From Candidatus Oxydemutatoraceae bacterium (GTDB lineage: Bacteria; Pseudomonadota; Gammaproteobacteria; Poriferisulfidales; Oxydemutatoraceae), in contig OZ244779.1 in the NCBI GenBank assembly GCA_965219575.1, forward strand, positions 1,260,769 through 1,324,768: a stretch of DNA of 64,000 nt. The letters are read 5' to 3'. The notes below the pieces were generated by a model that had not been told where the DNA came from, searched no databases, and saw only the letters and a list, made by a program, of their open reading frames with translations. This document shows, in pieces, positions 26,569-41,500 of this stretch (the stretch's first letter is position 1; each line of letters begins with the position of its first letter). The translations under genes and the position numbers were made by a program.

Positions 26569-29500
26569 ATGGGGGGATCCACAAAATTTTTGCTACTGCT
26601 AATCGCAGTATCATGGGTATCGGTATCGGCACAAGATGTCTTTGAATGCGATTACGCAGCCGATGTAGATCAAGATAAAGACGGGTTGATAGAAATATGC
26701 GATGTGGACGCACTAGATGCGATTCGTTATCAGCTCGACGGCAGCGGTTATAGAGAAAGTTTCGATACGGTCAAAGTCACTGCCGGGTGTCCTCGAAGCG
26801 GCTGCAACGGCTACGAGTTGCGTAAAGATTTGGATTTCGATGCCGACGATAGCTATCGCGATCTCGGCAACAAAGCAGCATGGACGAGCGGTTTAGGTTG
26901 GTTGCCTATAGGCACTCGACTGAACTTCTTTACTGCAAGGTTTGAAGGCAACGGTCATACGATAGCCAATCTTTATATCGATAGACCGTCGGATTATGTC
27001 GGTTTATTCAAGGCGACGATGAGGCGAGCTAAAATAAGCGACCTAGTATTGTCGCAAATAAACATCAAAGGGAATTCGTATGTCGGCGGTTTAGCGGGTC
27101 ATAACGCCGGCAGTGTCGTTTATGTCGGTGTCGAGAACGGTCGCCTAATCGGTATGGGCAACACCGTAGGCGGGTTGTTCGGTGCCAACGCCGGGACGAT
27201 ACTCAACGGCGATGTCATACTCCGGCGTGTAGAGGGCAACGGGCATAGTCTCGGCGGTTTGGTCGGTCATAACGAGGGGCATATTACGCATAGCGTCGCC
27301 GATACCGGTTTATTCGGTGTTAGCCAAGTCGGTGGTTTGGTCGGTCTTAATTTTGGTGGTGTGCTGACAAACAGTCGCTCCGACGGGACTGCGAATGGGA
27401 GCGATTATATCGGTGGTTTGGTCGGTCTCAATCGTGCCCGAATTAGTGCGAGCTATGCCGAAGGCAAAGTGATAAGCGACGGCTCGTATAGCGGTGGCTT
27501 GGTCGGTGCGAATAACCGTGGCGGTAGAATTGCCGATAGTCGGGCGAGTGGTGCGGTTTCGGGTAATCTCTATGCAGGCGGTCTGGTCGGTTGGAATAAG
27601 GACAGTGAAATCACCAATAGTTTTGCGGTTAGTCGTGTAGACGGCAATAGCGATGTAGGCGGTCTGGTCGGTTGGAACGAGAGTGGTCGAATAAGCAATA
27701 CTTATGCGAACGGTTTTGTAACCGGTGTAGATAGAGTCGGTGGTTTGGTCGGCAGTAATAGGGGCATCGTCTCCGACAGTTTTGCAAACGGGCAAGTTGT
27801 CGCAAGCGGTATGCATGCGGGTGGTTTGATCGGTTGGAATCATGCGTATCAGACCAGAGATGCCGTAGCAGTGCGTGTGACACACAGCTATTGGGATAGC
27901 GAGGCTGCAGAGATTTCGCTCAGTGCCGGTGGCAGTCCTCGAACTACTCAACAGCTAAGATCGCCGACCGCCCCCGGTCTACCGGGCGAGACCTTCGAGA
28001 GATGGGATGTTGCGGATTGGGATTTCGGCACCGACGAACAATACCCGATACTCAGACACAGCGAAGGTTCTAATGAAGGACACCTATTACCGGGTCAATA
28101 CATTATGCTGTCGGGTCTGCTTGTATTGGACGGTTTGACTTTATCTCCGGCGTTCGATCCGCAAACCTTCGACTATCGTGTGTACTTAAGCGACGACAGC
28201 TTAAGACAAATAAGGTTCAGTCCTACGATAGCGAATAGCACGCAAACGATTAGTGTTCTCAAGGATGAAAAAACCGGGTTGCCGTCGGTGATTAACGGCG
28301 AGACGGTACCAATCAATTTGAATGGTGTTCCCGAACCGACCTTGGTGACGATAGCGAGGCACTATCGGATTTGGGTGCTACGTCAAACCGGTTTACAAGC
28401 GACGATTAGTAGCGATCGTTCGGATTATAGGGTGAGCGAAGGACAAAATATTGTGTTGAATGTGTTAACTTCCGAGCCGGATGTGCGACGAGTGCGTTAT
28501 CGCTGGAGTCAAGTCTCACCGATGCAACCCGATTTATTAAAAGACCTAAATACTCGGCAAGCCGAGCTGAACATAAACATACCTGACGATTTTGTAGCGC
28601 AAGATAACGACGAGAGCCCCGTTGTGCTGCAAGTGGAAGTGCGTGTCGGTGGGACAACCGTGGTTCGCAATACGACGATCACGGTCGTCAGAACGAATAA
28701 CGGTAGCATAAATACCTTAGCTGCTCCGACCTATCGCGAGGGTACGCTCGCGGTGGCAGATATCAGCGAAGCCGATTTATCTGTGGATCCCGACGGTGGT
28801 GTGGATATTAACAGTTTTCGTTATCGGTGGCAGTACAAGTTGCCGTCGGCTACGCGATGGCACGATATCAAAGATGCGACGCAGACGCGCTATGAGATAC
28901 CTGCAGTGTTGTCGGCAATCGATAACATCGGTTATCGTGTAGGGCTGGATTATCGCGACAATCAAGGTCATCGTCATCGCATCGTATCCGAGCCGGTATC
29001 GGTTGTGCAGGTCGTAGAAGATGACGGTTTTGCCGATATTTATTATTTGGAAGATTTGAATGCGATACGCAATCAATTAGACGGTCGATACGAATTAGCC
29101 CGAGATTTGGATTTCAACTCGGATGCGAGCTACCGCGACCCGATCAATAAAGCAAAATGGACAGTCGCCGATTACGGTAATGATGCAGACACCGGCTGGT
29201 TGCCCGTAGGCACGATCGTAAATCGTTTCACGGGTATTTTTGACGGCAACGGTCATACAATATTCAATTTACAGATTAATAGAGATGCTGCCGACGATCA
29301 AGGTTTGTTCGGTGCTTTGGGATCCGCGGCGATCGTAAAAAATATAGGCTTGTTGAATGTAAAGATAGAAGGAACGCAACATATCGGTGGCATGGTGGGT
29401 ATTAATGCCGGTACTATCGTCGGCAGTTATGCGGTCGGCGAGTTTTCAGCAAATAGTTTAGTAGGTGGTATCGTCGGAGTGAACCACGGTAAAATTATCA

Positions 29501-32500
29501 ATAGTTATGCCGGTTCGGTTATTTCGAGGCGAAGTTCGGTTCCGAGTCATCTGGGCGGTTTAGTCGGCACCAATGAAGGTATAGTCATCAATAGTCATGC
29601 GACGGTTCAGATTTTAGAGAGACGATCCAACAATGTGGGGGGGCTCATAGGTTGGAATGCTGTCGATGCACGGGTGATCAATAGCTATGCCGGCGGTGAT
29701 GTAGGCGGGGATGTGCATGTAGGGGGTTTAACCGGTATCAACAGAGGGTCTATAACGAATAGTTATGCAGACGGCGAAGTCTCGGGAAACGGTAGTTTAG
29801 GTGGCCTGGTCGGTGCTAATCAAATAGCTGCGGCGATGATTACCAACAGTTATGCCGTCGGTAGGGTGCAAGGAAGCGGTAGTGGTTTAGTTGCGACCAA
29901 TGAAGGAGTCATTAGGGCAAGTTACTGGAATATTGAGACCGGCGGTTCACAAGGTCGTTATGGAAGCGGTCGGACCATGCAACAGATGCAATTACCTACT
30001 GCGGCAATCGGGATATACGAAGCGTGGGACGATGCCGATTGGGATTTCGGCAACAGCGCACAGTATCCGATACTCAAGTATGCACCGGGACCCGACGGCG
30101 ATGCCTGCGGTGTGCCGGGATTGCCGCAGTGCGGCGAGTTGATATCACCGCACCTACGCCACGGTTTGCACAGTTTGGCAACGGCGGGCGGTATTGTTCT
30201 ATCTCCCGAGTTCGATACCGAGGTACAAAACCGAAGCGGTATTTATATCGGCACTCTGAGTAGTACCGATAATACGATACGGTTGATTCCGACGACGATA
30301 GAACCGACCGCACATATCGGTTTCTACATCGGCGACGATGAGATCGCGTACGACACTATCCGAAGCGGTGAGACGAGTAAAGCGATTTCTTTGAAAGCAA
30401 TCGGCATGACCCGTATTCGCATTGAAGTGCAGGGAACGGTAACCGTCGATTATACGCTGTATATCGATTATCGAAACATTGCCGAGTTTAGGTCGATCAA
30501 CTATCTGGAAGACTTGCGTGCGATACATCGGCGTCCGCAAGGTTCTTATAAGTTAGCTAGAGATTTGGATTTTGCAGACAGCGGTAGTTATCTGGATCCG
30601 TTGAATAGGATTTCTTGGACGGTAGAGGATTACAACGATGCCGGCGATGTGGGTTGGGTGCCTATCGGCAGCGAGTCAAAGCCTTTTGCCGGTCGCTTCG
30701 ACGGCAACGGTCATACGATATCGGGTTTGCAGATAAACAGAGACGATGCCGATAATCAAAGTTTACTCGGTGTTACAGCATCCAGCGCCGTTATAAGCAA
30801 TATCGGTTTGTTGAATGTAAAAATAGAAGGTGGAGCTAAAGTTGCCGGGCTGGTCGGCACGAACCGAGGGCAAGTCGGCTATAGCTATGTCGGTGGCAGT
30901 ATTGAATCAAAGAGTATAGAGGGTGTAGGCGGCGGTCTGGTTGCAAACAACGACGGCGGAGATATTATCGGCAGTCGTGCACTAAGTCAAGTTTCCGGAA
31001 CTCAATTTATCGGCGGTTTGGTCGGAGATAACAACGGCAGGATTATCAATAGTCATGCCGATAGTATCGTAATGCCGGGTTCGGGCGGCTCGCGTTTCGG
31101 TGGTTTGGTCGGTCGTAATCGGAGTCTAATTGCCAATAGTTATGCAAGCGGTGAGATTCTGTTTGGAGGAACTAGTTCTATTAAAGGGGGTCTGGTCGGT
31201 TGGAATGACTTGCAAGCACGGATCGTTAACGGTTATGCAGCGGTCGGTATTGTTGGTGCTATAGCAGGCGGGTTGGTTGGATATAATCTGGGTGCTATAG
31301 AAAATAGTTATGCGATCGGCGAGCTGAGCGGTGGCAACAGCACACGAGGCAGTTTAGTCGGTAACAACGCCGGCGGCACAATCGTCGTCAGCTATTGGAA
31401 TAGCGATACCATTGCAAGCGGAGGCAACAACGGGATCGGGCAGACCTCGGCACAGCTTCGGTCCGCAACCCCTACGGTACCGATGAATAGCATTTATAAA
31501 GATTGGGATACCGACGATTGGGATTTCGGCACATCCGAACAATATCCGATACTTAAATACACCACTGCAACCGAAAGTATTTTTGAGTGTGATTCATCGG
31601 GAATGCCGCAATGTGGCAATTTAGTATCGCCGGGTTTGCGCTACGGTTTGCGTGACTTAACGGCGGCAGACGATGTTACATTCTCTCCACCGCTTGATGT
31701 TGACAGGCTCAACCAAAGCGGCGTTTATTCCGCTACGGTGTTCGGTGAACATCCGAGTATACGTTTGATTCCGGTTGCAATCGAATCGACTGCGCGCATT
31801 AGTTTTATAGGAGATAAACATGAAATCCTGGACAGTCACGATACAAGTTCGCCGATTTCGTTAAAAAATGAAGTGATAAAAAAAGTTGTCGTTGAAGTAA
31901 AAGGCACGAAGACGGTTAGGTATACGCTTTATCTGAGTTACATGCATCATAGGGTCATAGACGAAGACGGCGACGGTCTCGTCGATATCGATTATTTGGA
32001 GGATTTGGATGCAGTACGCCATCAATTGGACGGTAGCGGTTATAGGGCGGATGCCGGGTCGGTCAAGATTACCTCGGGTTGTCCGAGTGCGGGATGTCGC
32101 GGTTATGAATTGTTAAGAGATTTGGATTTTAACGATGCTGCCGGTTATCGCAATGCCGATGCAAACATGGGGCGATGGACGGGTGCGGGTGCTTGGCAAC
32201 CGATCGGATCGGACCGAGCAACTTTCACCGCTACATTCAAGGGTAATAATAAAACGATTGCCAATTTAAGCGTGAGGGCCGGCGGCGGTCTGTTTACTGC
32301 GATAGGTAGCGATAGTCGTGTTGCCTATATAGACGGTATCGGATTGTCGGCTGTAGATATTAAAGGGGATGTAGTTGCCGGAATCGCCGCATCGTGTGTA
32401 CAGTGTACGATAAGCAATAGTTATGTGATAGGAAATATACAAGGAACCGCCGCTGTCGCCGGTTTATTAAATACTATTAGCGCAACGAACGGCGGGCGTG

Positions 32501-35500
32501 CCTCGATTAGCAACAGTTATTTCATCGGTAATCTTGCCGTTAACGGTCCATCGGCAGTCGGCGGAGGTTTGGTCGGCGATGTAGACTCCGATCTAACTAT
32601 CACCGACAGCTATGTAGTCGGCAGGATTACCGCAGAGCACGATGACGGATTTATAGGTGGCTTGGTCGGGGTACGCACATCGTCCGCGCTTGATATCGTC
32701 AACAGTTATGCGAGTATTGCGGCAACCAAAGCCGATGTATCGCAAGGCTTATTCGGTGGCAATAGGAATCCGAGTGCTAGACTGGCACCGACCGTTCATA
32801 CAAGTTATCTGGATAAAGATATTTCACAAGCCGAGGTGACTTTAGGCAAGCTCAAGAGCACCGTTGCGCTTCAATCGCAAGCACCGACGACACCGACCGA
32901 TAGTATTTATAAAGATTGGGATACCGACGATTGGGATTTCGGCACCGCTAAGCAATATCCGGCGATCAAGTATAATTTGCAGGCGCACGCTACCGATGGT
33001 GATGCACATTGTGGTACGGCGGATATTCGGAGACGTCCCGATGCGTGCCGTACCTTGCTTCGTCATCAGGGGAGTCTATTGCAAGACTTAAAGTTATCCG
33101 AAGGCTTAGGTTTGTCTAGTCCTTTTGCGCATACATCGTTTGATTACGGTATATCGGTCAATGCCGATCGCAGTACTATTCGCATGTTGCCGACGGCATT
33201 TAATGAAATAGCAACGATTGAGGTTATTAAGGATGACAACGCAATAGGAGAAACCGATAGCGGTAAATGGACGGTGCCGATACCGTTGAACGACAGCGGT
33301 GATACGGTTTTTAGTTTGGTCGTAAAAGACGGCAAACGACATTCTTACCGATATCGATTCGTCGTTAATCGGCTCGGCATCGTCGCGCAAAGCATAGACG
33401 AAGACGGCGATGGGTTCATAGATATAAGCAATGCCACACACCTGGATGCCGTCCGCCATCGCTTGGACGGCAGCGCCTATCAACAGAGCGAGACTGTCGA
33501 TGCGCTCTATTGTTCCAACGGGTGCAGCGGATATGAATTGACCGCCGATATAGACCTTGCCGGGGTTGAGTGGCAACCTATCGGTAGTCTGAATGAGCCT
33601 TTTAGCGGTGTATTCAGAGGCAACGGCCACACGATTTCCAATTTGACTATAAAAACGGGCAATGCGACCGGTATGGGTCTATTCGAAGTAATCGGAGCCG
33701 GTGGTAGAGTTGAGAATGTCGGTCTGGTGAATGTGAATATCGCCGGACAGAATAATGTCGGCACCATAGCCGGCTATAACTTCGGCACGATCATCAATAG
33801 CCATGCAGACGGCAATCTCGTGGTTGTGAACAGCTACGTCGGTGGTTTGGTCGGCAGGAATAATGGCGGCACGATCGTTAATAGCTATGCGAATGTCGAC
33901 GTACACGCAAATAATATTTACGCAGGCGGTCTGGTCGGTTGGAACGAAGCAAATAGCTTTATTGTTAATAGCTATGCCATCGGCACCGTAAGGGCGAATA
34001 ACGGTTTGGCGGGTGGTTTGGTTGGTAGTAGCCCGAAGGGTGCGAAAATTCACAATAGTTATGCAGCGGGTGATGTGCGCGTGCAAACCGATGGTAATTT
34101 AGCGGGGGGGCTGATAGCTTCCGGAGGGTTAATCGTTAGTAGTTACTACAAAGCAGGTGCGGTTATCTCCAGAGCCAACTCACTGATCGGCATCGATAAA
34201 ACTGCGGTGGAACTTAAGGCCGGTGTGCCGTCGGATGATATCTATACCGAGTGGGATAGAGCCGATTGGCACTTCGGTAATACAGAGCAATATCCGGCGT
34301 TGCTTTATGCGCCGGCCAATGCCGACGACACGGCATGCAGGCAGCCGTCGCTCGAGCAATTATCCGCTTGCAACGGTGGGTTGTTTGGAGCCTTGTCGGA
34401 ACATGACAGGGCGGTCGTATGTCGTAGTCATTTACCAAGATTACCGGAACAGACACCGTATTGTGGTGCCTTGCTACCCGAACAACGTGCCGGGTTGGTG
34501 CGGCTGGAGTTTTCAAAAAATGCAAGTTTGATTCCGGCATTTAATCCCGAGATATACGACTATGATTTAGTCGTCGATTCGGGCATCACATTTCGTACCA
34601 CACCGACCGCTTATTACGGTAGCGATACGATTACCGTAAACATAGATGATTTGGGTTCGTCTACGAGTAGTGGGCGAAGTTCATCGATTACTCTAAATGA
34701 CGATTTAGACAGCATCGTGCTTAGGGTTCAATCCGCAACGCCGGGCATGCCGACACGCTATACGATTAAGGTATTGCAAGATATTGCAGTAGTCGATGGT
34801 TTGATAACGATTGATTATCTGGAGGACTTGAACCTGATGCGTCACTCTCTGGAACAGGTATCCGCCACCTTGAAGGATTGCCCTATAGATACCGAGGACG
34901 GTGTGAGGCGATGCAAGGGTTATAGATTGGTCGGAGATTTAGATTTTAAGAATCCTACGAGTTATCGTGCCGGTAATCTCAACCCGATATGGACGACCGG
35001 TTCCGGTTGGCAACCGATAGGAAATCGTAGCAATCCTTTCAGCGGTTTATTTAGCGGAAATGCGCATACGCTATCAAATCTGAGGATCCACGACATACCT
35101 GTCGGCGACATCGGTTTATTCGGTGTTGTGGCGGATGATGCGAGAATTGAGAATATCGGTCTACTCAATGCGGATATTGATGTTGATAATAGTCGGCATA
35201 GTTTATTCGATATCGGTGGTTTGGTCGGTGAGAATTACGGCGAAATCATCAACAGCCATGTGGTAGGCGGTCGTGTTCGAGGTGATTTTTTCGTAGGTGG
35301 TTTGGTCGGTAGGAATGAAGGTGGCACAATCGTCAATAGCCATGCAAATGTTTCGGTAAATGGACGCACTAACATTACCGGCGGTTTAGTCGGTTCTAAT
35401 GCAATAGATGGAAAAATTCATAATAGTTATGCAAGCGGTGCGGTTGTCGGAAATGACTTTGTCGGTGGTTTAGTCGGTATTTCGACCGGAGATATTCGTA

Positions 35501-38500
35501 ATAGTTATGCGAGCGGTGCGGTTGTCGGAAATGGCTTTGTCGGTGGCTTGGTAGGTGAACTATCACAGCAAGGGATCGAGGTGAGTAATAGCTATGCAAT
35601 CGGCAAAGTGACGGGCAGAAGGCTTGTCGGTGGATTAATAGGCAGTATCACGAATGCCGGGATCAGGGATGCCGTCAATGCGAGTTATTGGGATATCGAT
35701 ACGAGCAACATAACAGGATCCGTCGCCGGTATCGGCAAGACGACGGCAGAGCTTCGGACACCTGCGATCGGAAATGGAATCTATAGCAACTGGGACGGCA
35801 ACGATTGGTATTCCGAGAGTAGTTCGCAATATCCGGCACTGAGATATACCGGTGCTACCGATGTGGTCGCTCGGCCGGCGTGTCGAGAAACCGGAGACGA
35901 CGGTGCCGAACTGCCGATTTGTGGAGACCTGTTGCCGGATCAGAGCATCGGTCTAAGCAATCTGGCGCGCTCAAATCGAACCGGTCAGGTTTTGTTATTA
36001 AGACCCGACTTTAATTCCGGGATATACGATTACGAGTTGATATTAAAAAGCGATGCGCGTGAATTTAGCATTATTCCGTATACATTTAATCCGGATGCGG
36101 TGATTACGCTCAACGACGATAGCGAAACGAATCGACATAGAGAATTACGAAGCGGTAAAGGCACTACGCTTACTATAGGCGATATCGATGATCTTTTGCT
36201 GACATTGGCGGTAGAAGATCGCTTGATATCCGGAACTACGCAAACGACGCTCTACAGTATCAAGGTAAGCAAACATTCTTTCGTTACCGTCAACGATATA
36301 GACGAAGACGACGACGGTTTGATAGAGGTTCGCAGTGCGGACGACCTAAATGCGATTCGTTATCAACTGGACGGTAGCGGCTATAAAGCGGATCGCGACG
36401 ACACCAAAATCACCGTGGGGTGTCCGACCACCCCGACCGTCGGTTGCAAAGGTTATGAATTGGCGGCAAGCATAGACCTTTCCGGTTTTGATTGGCATCC
36501 GATCGGAGTGATCGATGCTACGACGCTTGATTGCAACGATACGCAAAGCCGATGTTTTGCGGCGATATTCGACGGCAATCGGGCATTAGGCTACGAGATT
36601 TCCGGTTTAAGCATCGCAACCTCGCAGCGAGACAATGTCGGTTTGTTCGCGGCATTAGCCGACGCTGCGCAAGTCAAAAATCTTAATTTAGCGGATGTGG
36701 AGGTCGGGGGGCACTTCGGTGTCGGAAGTTTGACCGCCTATAATGCCGGGGCGATAGACAACAGTTCCGCCGACGGTACGGTGGCGGGGGAACATGCCGT
36801 CGGCGGTTTGGTCGCCTACAATGTCGGTCGTATTTCCGATAGTTATGCTTACGGTGCGGTATCGGGTGACCGTATAGTCGGTGGTTTGGTCGCTCGCAAC
36901 GAAAGTAGCGGGGTGATTGCAAACAGCTATAGCTTGAACCGTGTATCGGGCAACACCGGCATCGGCGGTTTGGTTGCCTTGAACCTCGGTGCGATTGCAA
37001 ACACTTATGCAAGCGGTGTTGTTGAAGGAGTTACACTTATAGGTGGTTTGGTCGGTGACAACGGCGGTTCGGTTCGCAATAGTTATGCGACGGCAGATAT
37101 CGTATGCACAGGTGTGCCTGCGTGTACCTCGTATACGGTTGCCACGGGAGGTCTCATCGGTCGCAACACCGGTGGTATTGCGGTAAATAGCTATTGGGAT
37201 ACCGGTGTGAGCAACATACGAATATCCGCCGGCGGTGTCGGCAAGACTACCTTGCAACTACAATCGGGCAGCGGCCAATCGTCGGATGCAAGCAGGGCAT
37301 ATTACCGGTGGCGCAGTAGCGATTGGCATTTCGGCGATGTATATCAATATCCGATTCTTAAATATACCGGCGGTAGCGAAAACACGCTCGCCGGTTTACA
37401 GTCTTATGGTTTGGCAAGTTTGACGATCGCAGAAGTTGTAACCTTATCTCCGAACTTCAATACGACTAAATTGCATTATCGTGTCGGCGTAGATTTGGAT
37501 GCGAACATAAAGCGGTTGCATTTGACACCGAATGCGTTGGATGAGGATGCAACCATTCGTATCTTCAGCGATAACGGTTTTGACGAGACGATCAAAACCG
37601 GCACCGGCAGTTCGGCAATTGTATTACATTCCACTGCGACGACCGTGATCGGCGTTGAAGTCTCGGGGGACCGGCGCGTCCGATATCGCTTTGAAGTAAA
37701 TTACTTCTCTTCCGGTACTAAAAGAGATGTTGATACCGACCGAGACGGGTTGATAGAGATTCTAACACTGGAGGATTTGGATGCGATGCGCAATGCGCTC
37801 GACGGCAAAAGTCTTAGACATCAAAACGCCGACGGTGTATCGATAAAAAATGCCCGAGGCTGTCCGATGACCGGTTGCAGAGGCTATGAGTTGTTGCGCG
37901 ATTTGGACTTTGATAATCCGGCACATTACCGAACGGGGAGCGTGAATACCGCATGGACTAGCGGGGCAAGCTGGCAGCCGATAGGAACCCAAAGGCATCC
38001 GTTCACGGCAACATTCAAAGGCAACGGCTATACGATTTCTAATTTGAAGGTGAATAGACCGGATAGCGACGGTGGGTTATTCGGTGTGATAGACGGTAGC
38101 GAAAGCAATGTCGTAATAGAGAGTCTAGGTTTGTCGGATGTAGATATAGTCGGCGGTGCGCATGTCGGTGGTCTGGTCGGCACTAACCGAGCGGGGGACA
38201 TTCGCAAGAGTTATGTCATCGGTTCTGTGACGACAAGAGGCTACGGCACATCGGAAATGGTGGGCGGTCTGGTCGGTAGGAATATTGCCGGTTCCATCAC
38301 CGAATCATACTCGGAGACACAAGTGAAGGCCAATCTAGCGGCTGAATTATCGGTGGCATTGGCAGGTGGTCTGGTTGCCCTAAACGATGATCGCAGTCGC
38401 ATCGAGAATAGCTATGCGATAGGGTCGGTAGTCGGTCGGGACAGCGTCGGTGGTTTGGTTGCTCTCAATCGAAACTCTAGCGAAATCGTCGACAGCTATG

Positions 38501-41500
38501 CGGTGAATAAGGCTATAGCCATCGGCGCGATGTCTAAGGTAGGCGGTTTGGTTGCCGTCAACGATGCGGTGGTCGGCGATAGTTACTGGGATATAGAAGT
38601 GAGTGGTGTCGTATCGAGTGCCGGCGGCACTTCCGCAACCACGATAACACTTCAATCGTCTACGCCGACTTCGCCGATAAACAGTGTTTATAGAAATTGG
38701 GATGCCGATGTATGGGAGTTTTCGGATGCGGGTCGCTATCCTACACTGAAAGCCTTAGACCATGCGTCACTGCTTGCTCCCGATGGAAAGAGTTTGTTAC
38801 AAAGCCTGACCCTATCGGACAATGTGCGACTATTCCCGTCCTTCCATCCGCTGATTTTTGACTACGATCTCATTGCCGAGTCGGGACAGATAGCCGAAGT
38901 GCGATTGAATACCACATCGACACGGGCAGCTACGACGATCGATATCGCTTGTAGTACCGGTTTGGTGTGTTCGTCGGGTATCCCGATGTCGTTTGTATTG
39001 AACGGTAGTGATACACCGGAAATTACCATAACCACGAATAATTCCGATGCCGGCGTGTTGTCGTATAACTTCTCGGTGCGTTACGGCGAACCGAATATCA
39101 AGCGAGTGACGGCAACGACTACAACAGTAATATCGTTGCCGTTAGCGGTAGCCGAAGGTGAGCGTGTTCGTTTGATAGCTTCGTATGATTTCGGTTTGAG
39201 TGCGGATTTGTATCACTATAGATGGCGGCAATCGACAGGTGATGCCTTAAGATTCAACGATATGCAATCGCCGGTTGATACACAGAGTGCCGTATTGGAT
39301 TTTACGGTACCCGGCAATGTAGTGTCTCAGCAAGACGATCGCCGTGTCGTACGGTTGATCTTGGAAATCGTTGTCAACGAAGCCGTGTATCTAAGCAAGG
39401 TACTACCGTTGATAATTTCCAAACGAGATAACGACGCAGCCAGTCGTATTCGCGTGCTTAAAGATGACGATAAACTGCACACTTATACCGTTAAATTTGA
39501 AAGAGCGGACGGTAGCGAGTTTGTAGATCGCGACGGTGGCTTTACCGAAACCTTTATACAATGGCAGCGTCGTCGTAGCGAAGCGGAGAGTTGGATAGAC
39601 TTAGCGTCTACGCCTACCTATACTATTCCGAACGAGGGAAATTATCAATATCGTGCACTCGCTCTGTATGAGGACAATCAAGGTTATCGCGGACAATTTG
39701 AATCTGAGGTCATAGACTATTCGGACATAGACGACGATGGCGATGGTTTGATAGAGATTCGTTATTTGGAAGAATTGGATGCGATACGCTATCGGTTGGA
39801 CGGTAGCGGTTATAAAGCGACCGCAAGTGTGGATAAGATCACTACAGGTTGCCCGTTGGTCAACGGTATAGAGAAATGCCGAGGCTATGAGTTGATGAAT
39901 GACTTGGATTTTAACGACAATGAGAGCTATCGTGCGCTTGATCCGTCGCTACTCAAGAATAGCTGGACGGTGAGCGATTTCACCGACGCAAGCGATTTGG
40001 GTTGGCAGCCTATAGGTGGGTTTAATGCCGTATTCAACGGTAACGGTTATACGATATCCAATATGCAAATAAATCGTAGCGTCGGCAATACAAACAGTAT
40101 AGGTCTATTTTCCCAAATAGGAGCAGTCGGAAAAGTTAAGAACTTGGGGCTTGTAGATCCGACAATCAAAGGTTTAGTCGGTATTAAAAATGTCGGCGGT
40201 ATCGCCGGTGCCATACAACGCGGCGGTGTCATCATCAATAGCCATGTGGTCGGCGATGTCGGCGCGGGAAACACCGATAAAATAATAACAGGTGATGTCG
40301 GATTCGCCGGCGGTAGGGGATTCATAGGGGGACTGGTCGGCTGGAATAGAGGTTTTATACTCAATAGTTATGCAAAGATCAACGTGGTTGCCGAAGACTC
40401 CGGAACGCTTGAAAACAAGCGTGTCGGAGTAGGCGGTTTGGTCGGTAGGAACATAGACGGTGGCAAGGTGTATAACAGCTATGCGACCGGTGAGGTGAAA
40501 GGCCCTTGTGTCGTCGGTGGTTTGGTGGGCAATCAATTTTCCGCCAACTCGGATAGTTTATTGACTCGAAGCGAAATCAAAAACAGCTATGCGACCGGTA
40601 ATGTAGAGACCGGGTTCGGGACGTGCGTAAACTCAAACAACAAATTTGCCGGTGGTTTAGTCGGTTTTAATAATAATTCAAGGGTTGAAAATAGTTATAC
40701 GCTGGGTGAAGTTCTCGGTGACGGTACACGCGGCGGTTTGGTTGCCGGAAAGTTTCCCGTCGGCAATACCTCTATTGCAAACCCGATCAATAGCTATTGG
40801 AACTATGAACAGAATTGTCATTTTGCTGTTTCGTTTGGTTTCGTATTAGGAGTGCAATGTTTCGGAATAACGGGAGGTACCAAGAATGTAAGAATACCGA
40901 ACAACCTTCGAAGTCCTATTGCTCCGAATACTATGTTTAATTCATGTGTTGAGAGTTATGCCGGTGGCTTAGATCCCGAAGATGTATGTACGACCTATGT
41001 GGGTTGGAATACTGCCGATTGGGATTTCGGTACTACAAAACAATATCCGGCACTCAAATACGGAGTCGGATTGGATAGAAATGCCCCTGGTTGCGACACC
41101 GATCCCAAGACGGCATTGCCGAGTTGTAATGCTTTACTGCCCGGTCAGATTGCCGATACGGTTTTATTGAATAGCCTGAGTGTATCCGCTAATTCAAGCG
41201 CTGTGCGGCTGATCCCGAGCTTCATGCCGAGTAGATTTAACTACGAAGCAATCATCGTAGCCGAAACGGTACCGGCACTTATAAAAGTTGCCACCGGTGT
41301 CGAAGAAGATACCGCAATAACGATTCGTAAAGACGGTGGTGCGCCTTTGATTAAACAATCGGACGGCACCGTGCAGATTAGTACGAACGATTCGTTCAAT
41401 CTCGGTATTAAAACCACAAGCGGAGATGAGAGAGCGGCGAACTATCGAATACAAGTACATTTAAGTTATTTGCCTCAACCGAAAATACTCCAAGTAATCA

